A stretch of 55,660 bases of DNA, filler included, from Candidatus Woesearchaeota archaeon (GTDB lineage: Archaea > Nanobdellota > Nanobdellia > Woesearchaeales > GCA-2685855), in NCBI GenBank assembly GCA_002685855.1. It is 4 parts of 4 records of this genome, joined end to end, with 100 filler letters (N's around TTAATTAATTAA, not from the genome) between each part and the next. Parts side by side here need not be neighbours in the genome. Positions count along the whole stretch, not along the records: positions 17,307 to 33,847 come from NYYS01000064.1; 3 more parts are not named here. The stretch is one strand, 5' to 3'. The first letter of the stretch is position 1, and each line of letters begins with the position of its first letter. Below, piece by piece: positions 18,205 to 27,751 of the stretch. Under the pieces are notes generated by a model that did no database searches, was not told the DNA's origin, and was given only the letters and a program-made list of their open reading frames with translations. The position numbers and the translations under genes are program-made.

Positions 18205-20843
18205 TCCGTCTGATGCGTAACCTTCCGAATAATTCTGCTCGCAACCACTCCAATAATATAAGTCACAAAACTCACGCTTAGAATTAATCCCCAGTCTCCC
18301 AAAGACAATGGCACCACCTTAAAAATATGATTAAGAGGAGTATACAACACAATCATCTGCAATCCCAGCACCGTCAACACAGCCAGATTCAACCAACCAT
18401 TACTCAACGTCTTTGTATGATACTGACTCCGTATCATCTCCAACCGAACAATCTCCAGCACAATAATCGTCGTCAACGCCATACTCCTCGCATGCGTCAC
18501 ATCAGGAAGCCCACGCTTAAACACATACAACGTCCCAACACAAACAAGAATGCCAATAACAACAATACTCCACGCCATATTCCTGCTAATAATAGTACTT
18601 CCAGGAGGACGCGGCGGCTTCTCCATACTCCGAGGATCAGCAGGATCCACACCAAGTGCAAGCGCTGGCAATCCATCAGTAATAAGATTCATCCACAAGA
18701 TCTGAATAGCAACCAACGGCAAAACAATCGCCCCAGCACTATCACTAAACCCAATAAGCATCGCAACAAACAACACCAACACCTCCCCCATATTGCTGCT
18801 CAATAAATAGTTTACAAACTTCTTAATATTATCATAAATATTCCTTCCTTCCTCAACCGCATTCACAATACTCGTAAAATTATCATCCGTCAACACCATA
18901 TCAGATGCATCCTTAGCCACATCCGTCCCAGTAATCCCCATCGACACCCCGATATCTGCCTGCTTCAACGCAGGAGCATCATTAATCCCATCGCCCGTCA
19001 TCGCAACAATATGCCCCTTCTTCTTCAACGCCTTAACAATCTTTAACTTATGCTCAGGATCCACACGCGCATAGATCGCAATATCCTCAACATGCTTGTC
19101 CAAATCAATCTTATCAATCTCCTCCCCCTCCACCGCCTTCCCTACCAACCCAATCTTCTCTCCAACAGCAACAGCCGTCTGTTTATAATCACCCGTAATC
19201 ATCACAACTTTTATTCCTGCACTCCGACACTTCTCAATCGCAATCTTCACCTCCTCACGCGGAGGATCGATCATCCCCTGCAAGCCCACAAAGATCATAT
19301 CCTTCTCAAGACCTTTCTTACTATACTTCGAACTCAGCGGTTGATACGCAAACCCCAACACCCGCAACGCATGTGATGCATACCCATCATTCGCTCCAAG
19401 AATATCCTCTTTATCCTTTGCAGTAATCTTCCGAACTTTCCCCTTCACCAAAATCTTCGAACACCCCTTCACAATCTGGTCGGGTGCACCTTTCGTATAC
19501 GCAAAAACCTTCTTCCCCTCCTTATGGATCGTCGTCATCATCTTCCGCGTACTATCAAATCCCTTCTCATCAATACGCGGCAACCTCTTCTGCAACCCGT
19601 TATGATCCACTCCTGCCTTCTCTGCCACAGTCAGTAAACACCCCTCTGTAGGATCCCCTGTGATCTTCCAGTCCTTTTCATCCTTATCCAAAGAGGCATC
19701 ATTACAAAGCACCCCGATCCGGAACAACAAAGAATCCACCTTCCGTCCAATCTTACCTTCAGGAGAATACCCTGTCCCACTCACCTCTACAGTCTCATGA
19801 TCAACATACAACTTCGTAACAGTCATCTCATTCTGTGTCAACGTTCCCGTTTTATCCGTACAAATAACAGTCGTACTCCCCAACGTCTCAACACTCGGCA
19901 GCTTCCGGATCAATGCATTCCGCTTCACCATCTTCTGCACACCCAGAGCCAGACTAATCGTCACTACAGCAGGCAATCCTTCAGGAATAGCAGCAACTGC
20001 CAAACTCACTGCTGCAAGAAACATCTCCAACACACTTCCCCCCCGTAAAATACCTGTAAAAAAGACAATCACACACACAACAATCGTAATCATACCCAAC
20101 TTAGTCCCGAGCCGCTTCAACCGCTTCTGCAACGGAGTCTCTTCAACAGGAGCCGACTGAATCATATGGGCTATCTTCCCAATCTGCGTATTCATTCCTG
20201 TCCCAACAACCACAGCAGTTCCATGACCCTCAGTAACAATCGTGCTAGAATAGAGCATATTCTTACGATCACCTAACGTTGCACTCTTCGAGATCGCATC
20301 CTTGTGCTTATGCACAGGAACACTCTCACCTGTTAAACTTGCCTCTTCTATTGTCAGATTCATCTCAGTCAGAATACGTGCATCAGCAGGAATCTTCTCT
20401 CCCGGTTCCAAAAAAAGAATATCTCCCGGAACAATCGTATTACTAAACACCTTCTTCTCCTTTCCATCCCGAATCACAACACACTGCGGACTCGCTAACC
20501 GCTTCAAGGCATCAATACTCTTCTCTGCCTTATACTCCTGAATAAACCCCATCACAGCATTCAGAACAAGAATAATACCAATCACAACCGCATCAACATA
20601 CTCTCCAAGAAGCGCAGAAATAATCGTGGCCGCAATAAGAATATAGACAATAAAACTTGAAAACTGTTCCAGAAAAATAGCAAGTTTTCCCTTTCCTGCT
20701 ACAGCTGTAAGCTCATTTGGTCCATACTTCTCTATTCGTGCCTTTGCCTCTCCTTCACTCAATCCCTTAACCGAGCTTTTCATCTCTTGTAAGACCTTCG
20801 GAGCAAGAAGCCGATAGTATTCTTTAGATTCTGTACCACCCAT
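18201..20843 (-). CDS. P-type ATPase, type IIA (Ca2+-transporting, SERCA/PMR1-like)
   Basis: TGES, AIPEGLP, DKTGT, KGAP, GDGINDAPALK, WMNLITDGLPA. Confidence 0.96.
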   Translation of the reverse strand: MGGTESKEYYRLLAPKVLQEMKSSVKGLSEGEAKARIEKYGPNELTAVAGKGKLAIFLEQFSSFIVYILIAATIISALLGEYVDAVVIGIILVLNAVMGFIQEYKAEKSIDALKRLASPQCVVIRDGKEKKVFSNTIVPGDILFLEPGEKIPADARILTEMNLTIEEASLTGESVPVHKHKDAISKSATLGDRKNMLYSSTIVTEGHGTAVVVGTGMNTQIGKIAHMIQSAPVEETPLQKRLKRLGTKLGMITIVVCVIVFFTGILRGGSVLEMFLAAVSLAVAAIPEGLPAVVTISLALGVQKMVKRNALIRKLPSVETLGSTTVICTDKTGTLTQNEMTVTKLYVDHETVEVSGTGYSPEGKIGRKVDSLLFRIGVLCNDASLDKDEKDWKITGDPTEGCLLTVAEKAGVDHNGLQKRLPRIDEKGFDSTRKMMTTIHKEGKKVFAYTKGAPDQIVKGCSKILVKGKVRKITAKDKEDILGANDGYASHALRVLGFAYQPLSSKYSKKGLEKDMIFVGLQGMIDPPREEVKIAIEKCRSAGIKVVMITGDYKQTAVAVGEKIGLVGKAVEGEEIDKIDLDKHVEDIAIYARVDPEHKLKIVKALKKKGHIVAMTGDGINDAPALKQADIGVSMGITGTDVAKDASDMVLTDDNFTSIVNAVEEGRNIYDNIKKFVNYLLSSNMGEVLVLFVAMLIGFSDSAGAIVLPLVAIQILWMNLITDGLPALALGVDPADPRSMEKPPRPPGSTIISRNMAWSIVVIGILVCVGTLYVFKRGLPDVTHARSMALTTIIVLEIVRLEMIRSQYHTKTLSNGWLNLAVLTVLGLQMIVLYTPLNHIFKVVPLSLGDWGLILSVSFVTYIIGVVASRIIRKVTHQTD

Positions 20844-20974
20844 CCCATTTTAACCAGAAATCGATCTTTATAAACTTTTTTCTTGAATCATACCTATCAA
20901 ATATCCTTTTCAACACTAAATAATCGCATCATATATAAATACAAACACGTAAAAAAAGACAAAAAAGGTGTGAA

Positions 20975-21988
20975 ATGGGTATTACTAAAGAAACAGGACT
21001 AAATTCCAAAGCCTCACTTATAGCTCTGGTCCTTATAATCCTCATATCCTTCTCTCTATTAGTCATAATAAAACAGAATTTTCTCCAAACTTCTGATCAG
21101 AGAAATACAGGAGGAAAAGCCTACGAACTCATCCAGGATATCGTCTTGGGAGGAGAAACCACTGAAGCTCCCTTATTCCCAACACTAAATGCAATAGGGA
21201 ACGGCGTGATACGCGGACCGTATCTACCACGGATAAATGAGGGAGAAATCATGGTGATATGGCACTCTGATGAGCAAGAGCCCGGCTTAGTGGAATATGG
21301 CCTTAGTCCAAGTTATGGAAGTAGCGTTCCAACAAACCCTGTTTCCATTGACTAATCCTCGAGCTATTTGCACGAAGCCATCTTGGAAGATCTGGATCAG
21401 GATGAAGAGTATTTCTATAAAGTTACATACAAAGGAGAAGTGATCGTTGAATCCACATTTTATTCTAAGAAGAGTTCAGGTCAACTCTTTAGCTTTGTCG
21501 TATTTGGTGACTCTGGGGATTCTTTTGGAAATACACAAACTCCACAGTATAAAATTGCCTATGTGATGAAACAGGACGTGTTAACAACAGGGTTTGATTT
21601 TATGATCCACACAGGAGATGTTGTGTATGATGAAGGGCTTGAGGAAGAATATGATATGAACTATTTCGAGCCTTACGTCAACCTAGGCCTCAAAGTTCCC
21701 ATGCTCCCAAGCATAGGGAACCATGACTATGCAGGACCAGAAAAACTTGCACCTTATCTTCGGAACTTCTATCTTCCTGAGGGTCAGGAGCTAAATGAGG
21801 AGTTTTATTCCTTTGAACATGGAGATGCATTATTTATTGCCTTAAATAATATGAATTTGGACTATAATATAGGTTCTGTACAATCAAATTGGTTGATAAG
21901 AACATTAAGAGACGCACTCATAAAAATTGGCTGGGAAAAATCCCTTGTTGAAAAAGGCCTCCAGAAAAAGGTAGAAACGTTTAAATAA
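20975..21988 (+). pseudogene. Membrane-anchored purple-acid-phosphatase-type metallophosphoesterase, disrupted
   Basis: ORFs 20975..21355 and 21368..21988 are in one frame, separated by TAA 21353-21355 (VSID*SSSYLHEAIL). Motifs FGDSG, HTGDVVY and GNHD are present; the C-terminal H and GHxH motifs are missing. Confidence 0.75.
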
Positions 21989-22008
21989 AATAGGATTATA
22001 TATCCCCT

Positions 22009-22515
22009 ATGGAGCCCTGTACTATTTGCGACCTTCACGAAAACCTGCTTCTCTTTCAGGATGATCAGATAAAACTCTTTCGAGACCCGAAACCTATCGG
22101 AGAATCTCATTTCCTTCTCGCCCCCCAAAAACATATATCCTTTCTATGGGATCTTTCTCATACCGAGTTCGATAATCTGCTCGAAACAGCAGTAACACTT
22201 AAAGACCTCCTTGAAACAAGATTCGGACATGAAACAATTATTCATAACAGAACAGGAGCAGCTTCAGGCCAACCCTGCCACCATTGTCATCTCGAACTCA
22301 TCCCTTTTGACGCAAAAAAACTCACAAAAAGATTCTCCTTTTCCAAACCCCCAACTCTGCATTCAGACTCAATACATAGAGCAATACATCAAGGTCTTAA
22401 CGAACTCTTTCAGTTAAAAAAAGATGTACAATCATTTTCATTTCATGCAGAACAAACACAGAAAGTAATCGAACCCCTCTTTAAAGATATAGACAAACTC
22501 TTTGATAAAAACTAA
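22009..22515 (+). CDS. HIT-fold protein, degenerate triad (HCHLE)
   Basis: CTIC, DPKPIGESHFLLAPQKH, ASGQPCHHCHLELIP. Confidence 0.8.
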   Translation: MEPCTICDLHENLLLFQDDQIKLFRDPKPIGESHFLLAPQKHISFLWDLSHTEFDNLLETAVTLKDLLETRFGHETIIHNRTGAASGQPCHHCHLELIPFDAKKLTKRFSFSKPPTLHSDSIHRAIHQGLNELFQLKKDVQSFSFHAEQTQKVIEPLFKDIDKLFDKN

Positions 22516-22516
22516 G

Positions 22517-22906
22517 ATGGTATGCAAAACCTGTGACACACTCGATCAAAACGTAATCTGGGACAACAGAGATATTACTGTAAATAGATTTGAATCCGAA
22601 GCAGTATTCTCTCTCCTCATCCTGCCAAAATCACATCTTTCATTCACCGATCCTGAAACATCACAAACTCTTTGGAGAGCAGCAAAAGAGATAATGAAAG
22701 GCTGCCTCCACAACAATCTCTGCCATGGAATAAATCTTGAATCTTGGGAATCAGCAGAAGGACACGGAGGAGTCATCCTTATTGGAAGAAAAGCAAACGA
22801 TAAAATCTCCTTAAAACTAAAAAAGAAAAAAACCCGATATCTTTTAGATAACAAACTAACAGCTCTCCTTAAAACCCAACCTTTATATACAAAGAAATCA
22901 ATATAA
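22517..22906 (+). CDS. Highly divergent HIT-fold protein
   Basis: CKTC, VIWD, LLILPKSH, HGINL, GHGGVILIGRK; triad lost. Confidence 0.6.
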   Translation: MVCKTCDTLDQNVIWDNRDITVNRFESEAVFSLLILPKSHLSFTDPETSQTLWRAAKEIMKGCLHNNLCHGINLESWESAEGHGGVILIGRKANDKISLKLKKKKTRYLLDNKLTALLKTQPLYTKKSI

Positions 22907-22910
22907 AAGA

Positions 22911-23897
22911 ATGTCTGAACAGATAGATACAAGTAATATGTCTCCTGAAGAGATTGCAGAACTTCAGAAAAAGAACTGCATCTTCTGCAAGATAATTTCA
23001 GGCGAAATCCCTGCAAAAAAAGTCTATGAAGACGACATGATGATATCTATCCTGGATATCAACCCCGCCGCCAAAGGTCACCTTCTTGTTCTCCCCAAAG
23101 AACACATACCCATCATGCCCCTGCTCCCCCAACCATCATTCGTCCACATATTTGGAGTGGTAAAACAGCTCGTTAAGGCCCAAAAAGCAGCCATGCTTTC
23201 ATCATCAATCACAACATTCATCGCAAACGGAGCCGCAGCAGGACAACAAAGCCCTCACTTTATATTCCATCTCATCCCAAGAGAGCCTACAGACACACTA
23301 GACCTCTTCAATCCCTCACCAGGAAACCTCTCAAAAAAAGATCTCACAGAAACCACAATCAAAGTAAAATCACGACTCCAACAACTTCTCAACGTCGGAC
23401 CAAGCCAGGATAACAGACAAAAACTCGCACAGCTCATAGAATCAGACCCAGAAATTAGAAGACTTCTCACAGAAGACATCGATGCACTTCGCGAACGCAT
23501 GAAGCAAGAACCCGAACTCAACGAAATCTTCCAGGGCATAAACCTTGAACAACTCGCCGACCGCATCAGACAAGCATTTCCCCAACAAGAACAACAACCC
23601 TCTTCCCCTGAAATAAAACAAGCCGAATTCGAAGAAGTTGAACCAGAAGAAGATACTGATAAAAAAGACAGTTCCTCCGATGATGAAGAAAACACAGAAG
23701 ATAACGATACCAAAGATAACGAATCATCAGATACAGAAGATAAAGATGAAGACGATACGTCCGATGATGAAGACGATGATACAGATGACAAAGATAATGA
23801 ACAAGATTCAGAAGAAGAATCCGATGATCAATCTGAAGATACTAACGAACAAAAACAAGGAGCAAGTCTTGATGACATCTCCAACCTATTCCAATGA
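22911..23897 (+). CDS. HIT-domain protein (HFIFH) with helical domain and long acidic tail
   Basis: NCIFCKIISGEIPAKKVYEDD, LDINPAAKGHLLVLPKEH, NGAAAGQQSPHFIFHLIPR; D/E-rich C-terminal ~90 aa. Confidence 0.9.
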   Translation: MSEQIDTSNMSPEEIAELQKKNCIFCKIISGEIPAKKVYEDDMMISILDINPAAKGHLLVLPKEHIPIMPLLPQPSFVHIFGVVKQLVKAQKAAMLSSSITTFIANGAAAGQQSPHFIFHLIPREPTDTLDLFNPSPGNLSKKDLTETTIKVKSRLQQLLNVGPSQDNRQKLAQLIESDPEIRRLLTEDIDALRERMKQEPELNEIFQGINLEQLADRIRQAFPQQEQQPSSPEIKQAEFEEVEPEEDTDKKDSSSDDEENTEDNDTKDNESSDTEDKDEDDTSDDEDDDTDDKDNEQDSEEESDDQSEDTNEQKQGASLDDISNLFQ

Positions 23898-24394
23898 CCG
23901 ACTGCAAACAATGTAAGGAAGGTGAAAATAAGGATCTTCTCCTCTATGAAGATCCCAACTTTAAAGTATTTGTACCTGAAAACGCAGTTTCAAAAGGACA
24001 TGTCAGAGTCCTTCCTAAAAAACATCTCAACGCCTTCGAAGAACTCTCTGACGAAGAAGCTCAAACCTTCTTCTGGCTCGCAAACATGGTCGCAAGTTCA
24101 CTCTTCGACACAATGGGTGCAATAGGAACAAACATCATAGAAGAAGATCAAGGACACCCCGTCCTCGACATCTACGCCCGCTTCCAAGACGACGGACTGA
24201 ACTTTCAATGGGAACCCAAAAAAGGAGACCCAAGCGAACTCGACTCCATCGCATCAAAAATATCTTCCAAAGTCGGCATCGTAGAAACAAAACAGGAAGC
24301 CCCTAAAGAGATCGAAGAACCAAAACCTGCCACAATCGAAGAGGAAGAAGGAAAAGAAAACTACCTCCTCAAAAGTCTGGATAAACTTCCCTAA
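23894..24394 (+). CDS. HIT-fold protein, degenerate triad (HPVLD)
   Basis: CKQC, LLYED, SKGHVRVLPKKH, GTNI, GHPVLDIYARFQDDGLNFQW. Confidence 0.82.
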   Translation: MTDCKQCKEGENKDLLLYEDPNFKVFVPENAVSKGHVRVLPKKHLNAFEELSDEEAQTFFWLANMVASSLFDTMGAIGTNIIEEDQGHPVLDIYARFQDDGLNFQWEPKKGDPSELDSIASKISSKVGIVETKQEAPKEIEEPKPATIEEEEGKENYLLKSLDKLP

Positions 24395-24404
24395 AAAGAA
24401 GTAT

Positions 24405-25253
24405 CTAAAACGCAAACAAAAACTTCAGCCAGTTCCCAACCAACAACATAAACAGATACGCCATCAAAAAACTCGGAGTAAAAGGAATTCCTTCCTTCAC
24501 AAGAACATGACCCACCGAACTCTTCTTCAACACAAGAATCTCCTCGCTGCTAATACCTTCAAGATTCTTTCGAACAAGAACGCGATTCCCCTTCTTCACA
24601 TCCTCCACTAACCAATCACCCTCGGTTAAACGAGATACTGCATACTTCTTTACCATACAACTCTTCTCAAGAGCCCGCGAAAATAAGGTAAGATAAAAAA
24701 GTAAAGGAATAAGAAAGGCAACAACAGCCAACAAAATCCTAAACGGATCAATCAAAAACAAGGCCAGCATAAGAACAACTAAAAAACCAACAAAACAAAA
24801 GAACCTTTCCACACGCATCTTCCGGGAAAAATGCGTATATGCCTCAACAAACTTCTTTCTATTCCTAAAAGCTGTATAGCCCGTAGCAAGAATCCCCCAC
24901 ACACTCCCCCACACTAAGATATTAATCAACAATAGCAAAAGCGATCCATCCAGAACATTCCCAATACTGATTCCCAACAAAATCCCCAATCCCAAAAGCA
25001 GTTTAGTATCCCCTCCGCCCCACTGCCCTGTATAATACATAACCGATCCAAACACAAACGCTGCAGCACCCCCTAAAAAAGCAGAAAGCAACGGCTCATA
25101 ACTCCAACTCAACAAAGAAGAAAACAGCGCCCACCCCGAAGCAAAAACCACAAGTAAATAATTAAGAATATCCGGAACCTCCCGCGTCTTCATATCATAA
25201 AGCACTGCCAGCACAACAGCAAACAATCCAACAAAAAGAGGGAATCCGTCCAT
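24405..25253 (-). CDS. A24 family prepilin/prearchaellin peptidase
   Basis: YDMKTREVPD and GGGDTKL catalytic aspartates, multi-TM, C-terminal GIPFTPSF. Confidence 0.9.
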   Translation of the reverse strand: MDGFPLFVGLFAVVLAVLYDMKTREVPDILNYLLVVFASGWALFSSLLSWSYEPLLSAFLGGAAAFVFGSVMYYTGQWGGGDTKLLLGLGILLGISIGNVLDGSLLLLLINILVWGSVWGILATGYTAFRNRKKFVEAYTHFSRKMRVERFFCFVGFLVVLMLALFLIDPFRILLAVVAFLIPLLFYLTLFSRALEKSCMVKKYAVSRLTEGDWLVEDVKKGNRVLVRKNLEGISSEEILVLKKSSVGHVLVKEGIPFTPSFLMAYLFMLLVGNWLKFLFAF

Positions 25254-25302
25254 CAATCCTTTTATAACACACACTATATATACATTTCGATTTTAATTGC
25301 CC

Positions 25303-26004
25303 TTAAAACTCTACCTCATGAGTAGAACTATTCAGAACAAACCTCTTACTCTCTCCGCCACAACACCTTTCAACAAGAGAACTCAACTCCTCAAGAACAC
25401 CTTCAACCTCTGCTTCAGAAAAAGGAGGAAGCCCCTCAACAACCAACACAACATTTTTTGTCTCCTCAGTCATCTTTGACTTATCACACTCTCTCCAATT
25501 CCATCGCCTGCACAACACCTCCTTATCATCAACATACACCACCTCTCCCTCCTTCGGATGTTTGATTTCATCAGAATGCAGCACAATAAAAGGTTCATCT
25601 CCCTTAGCAAACCCTAATCGAATATCCCCATCAACCTTGTCAACATCATCCCCTCCGACAGGAATCATGTGCTTAATCGAAATAAAATTATAAATATCCA
25701 CAATCTTATTAATAGAACAAAGCTCTATCCCATCCAGGATCATCTGATAAAGATTCTCAACAGAACACTTATACTTCTTTGACTTAGCCCCAAAAAGAGA
25801 ATACGCATTCCTCCACGCCCCAATTTTTGGATTCTCTGACAACTCCCCCTTATCAAACTCATTTCGAATATCCCTGCACAAATCCTTAATACCTTCAAGA
25901 ACACCCTCATCCTTCCCCCTATTATCTATACCCTTCACTACCACAATACCCACATTTAATCCAGGGAACTTCTCAAATATCTCCGCACCAATCTGAAATT
26001 TCAT
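25303..26004 (-). CDS. B3/4 domain protein (PheRS-beta-like tRNA editing domain)
   Basis: AWRNAYSLFG, SVENL, INKIVDIYNFIS, GGDDVDK, VLCRRWNWRE. Confidence 0.9.
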   Translation of the reverse strand: MKFQIGAEIFEKFPGLNVGIVVVKGIDNRGKDEGVLEGIKDLCRDIRNEFDKGELSENPKIGAWRNAYSLFGAKSKKYKCSVENLYQMILDGIELCSINKIVDIYNFISIKHMIPVGGDDVDKVDGDIRLGFAKGDEPFIVLHSDEIKHPKEGEVVYVDDKEVLCRRWNWRECDKSKMTEETKNVVLVVEGLPPFSEAEVEGVLEELSSLVERCCGGESKRFVLNSSTHEVEF

Positions 26005-26205
26005 ACAATCTGGAATCTAACCAATAATATAAATATTCTTTGGAACTGTTCCCTAACATCCTCGCCAACACCTCTCTTTCCGACCCCAACCAACCACAAC
26101 GTTTATAAATCAACAGCTGTTCCCCCGACATACCGATGATTAATGATACTCCGTCAGGGGTTGAGAGAGGTACAATATTCTATTGTACGACTCGGAGGAT
26201 AAAAA

Positions 26206-26634
26206 ATGGACTCAGCATATGAAGCTGTAGAACTTGCAGCAAAGAATGGCAAGATCAAAAAAGGCACAAACGAAGTCACAAAAGCAATCGAGAAAGGAAA
26301 GGCTAAACTCGTCGTCATAGCAAAAGATATCAGCCCGCCCGAAATCACTATGCATCTCCCCCTTCTAAGCAAGGAAAAAGGAATAGAATGCGTCGAAGTC
26401 GACTCAAAAGAAGAGCTCGGAGCAGCAGCAGGCCTCCCGGTAGGAACCGCAGCCATCGCCGTTTTAGACCTTCCCGGTGGAATGCCTAAACAGGCAAAAA
26501 GCAAACCAAAAAAAGAAGTAGAAGCTCCTAAAGAAGAGGCCAAACCTGAAGCTCCAAAGGAAGCTCCTAAAGAGGAAGCTAAACCTGAAGCTCCAAAAGA
26601 AGAATCAAAAACAGAAGAACCCAAAGGTGAATAA
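26206..26634 (+). CDS. rpl7ae: 50S ribosomal protein L7Ae with repetitive K/E/P/A tail
   Basis: [36 protein letters not shown]. Confidence 0.96.
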   Translation: MDSAYEAVELAAKNGKIKKGTNEVTKAIEKGKAKLVVIAKDISPPEITMHLPLLSKEKGIECVEVDSKEELGAAAGLPVGTAAIAVLDLPGGMPKQAKSKPKKEVEAPKEEAKPEAPKEAPKEEAKPEAPKEESKTEEPKGE

Positions 26635-26636
26635 GA

Positions 26637-26948
26637 GTGCCTCCTCCCCCCAAACAATCAAGACCTGATGCAAAACCATCAAGGCCTGACAGAAAAGAAG
26701 CACCAACCAAGTCAAGTGGTGTTTCATTCAGCGTCGCATTTCCTGCATCAGTAGAAGAAATTATGGGACGAACCGGAACAAGAGGAGAAGCAATCCAGGT
26801 TCGCTGTAAAGTCCTTGACGGACGAGACAAAAACAAGATAATTCGTAGAAATGTACGCGGCCCAATACAAAAGGGCGATATCCTCATGCTCCGAGAAACA
26901 GAGATCGAAGCTCGCGCCTTAAACAAGGCAGGAAGAGGAATGAACTAG
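26637..26948 (+). CDS. rps28e: 30S ribosomal protein S28e (N-terminally extended)
   Basis: [41 protein letters not shown]. Confidence 0.95.
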   Translation: MPPPPKQSRPDAKPSRPDRKEAPTKSSGVSFSVAFPASVEEIMGRTGTRGEAIQVRCKVLDGRDKNKIIRRNVRGPIQKGDILMLRETEIEARALNKAGRGMN

Positions 26949-26958
26949 GTGAAATAGA

Positions 26959-27153
26959 ATGGCACGATGCGACTTTTGTCATGAACTCATTGAAAAGGGC
27001 ACAGGAAAAAGATTCATAAAAAAAGATGGAAAGATGTTAGACTTCTGTTCACGAAAATGCGAAAAAAACATGATTAAACTCAGACGAAAATCCCTCACAA
27101 CAGAGTGGACCCGCGCATTTCAAAAACAGAAAAAAACAGGAAAAACAAAATAG
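26959..27153 (+). CDS. rpl24e: 50S ribosomal protein L24e
   Basis: CDFC...GTG...FCSRKCEKN...WT. Confidence 0.95.
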   Translation: MARCDFCHELIEKGTGKRFIKKDGKMLDFCSRKCEKNMIKLRRKSLTTEWTRAFQKQKKTGKTK

Positions 27154-27164
27154 GTGTGTAAAAA

Positions 27165-27740
27165 ATGATGGAGCAATCATTAGTTCTCATAAAACCAGAC
27201 GGAGTACAACGCGGCCTCATAGGAAAGATTATTACCCGCTTTGAACAGGTAGGCCTGAAAATCATCGGTATGAAGATGGTCTATGCAGACAAGGAAATGG
27301 CAGGAAAACACTATGCTGACGACGACGAATGGATGAAATCAGTAGGAGAAAAAGCAAAAAAATCCTATGAAAAAAGAGGAGAACCCACAGAAAAATCCGC
27401 ACTTGAAATCGGCCAGCTCATCAGATCTCAACTTATGTCCTACCTCACAATGAGCCCCACAGTTGCACTAGCAATTGAAGGCCACAACGCAATACAACTT
27501 ATAAGAAAAATCGTTGGTGCAACAGCACCTGCTGACTCAGATCCAGGAACAATCCGTGGAGATTTCTGCTTCGACACCTATCAGATGGCAGACCTCTGCA
27601 ACAGACCAATACAAAACCTGATCCATGCATCAGACGCAGTAGATACAGGAAAAAACGAAATAAAACTTTGGTTCAAAGATGAGGAATTACACGTCTGGAA
27701 ACGTGTAGATGAAGCACTACTCTATAGAAAGGTAGACTAA
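27165..27740 (+). CDS. ndk: Nucleoside-diphosphate kinase (long form)
   Basis: LIKPDGVQRGL, PGTIRGDF, NLIHASD. Confidence 0.95.
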   Translation: MMEQSLVLIKPDGVQRGLIGKIITRFEQVGLKIIGMKMVYADKEMAGKHYADDDEWMKSVGEKAKKSYEKRGEPTEKSALEIGQLIRSQLMSYLTMSPTVALAIEGHNAIQLIRKIVGATAPADSDPGTIRGDFCFDTYQMADLCNRPIQNLIHASDAVDTGKNEIKLWFKDEELHVWKRVDEALLYRKVD

Positions 27741-27751
27741 GGGGTAAAAAA

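Noticed and set aside
23630..23860. GAT/GAA-rich repetitive DNA as a tandem or CRISPR-like array
   Set aside because: It is the coding sequence of an acidic tail, with no fixed repeat-spacer period. No CRISPR array or cas gene was seen in the window.
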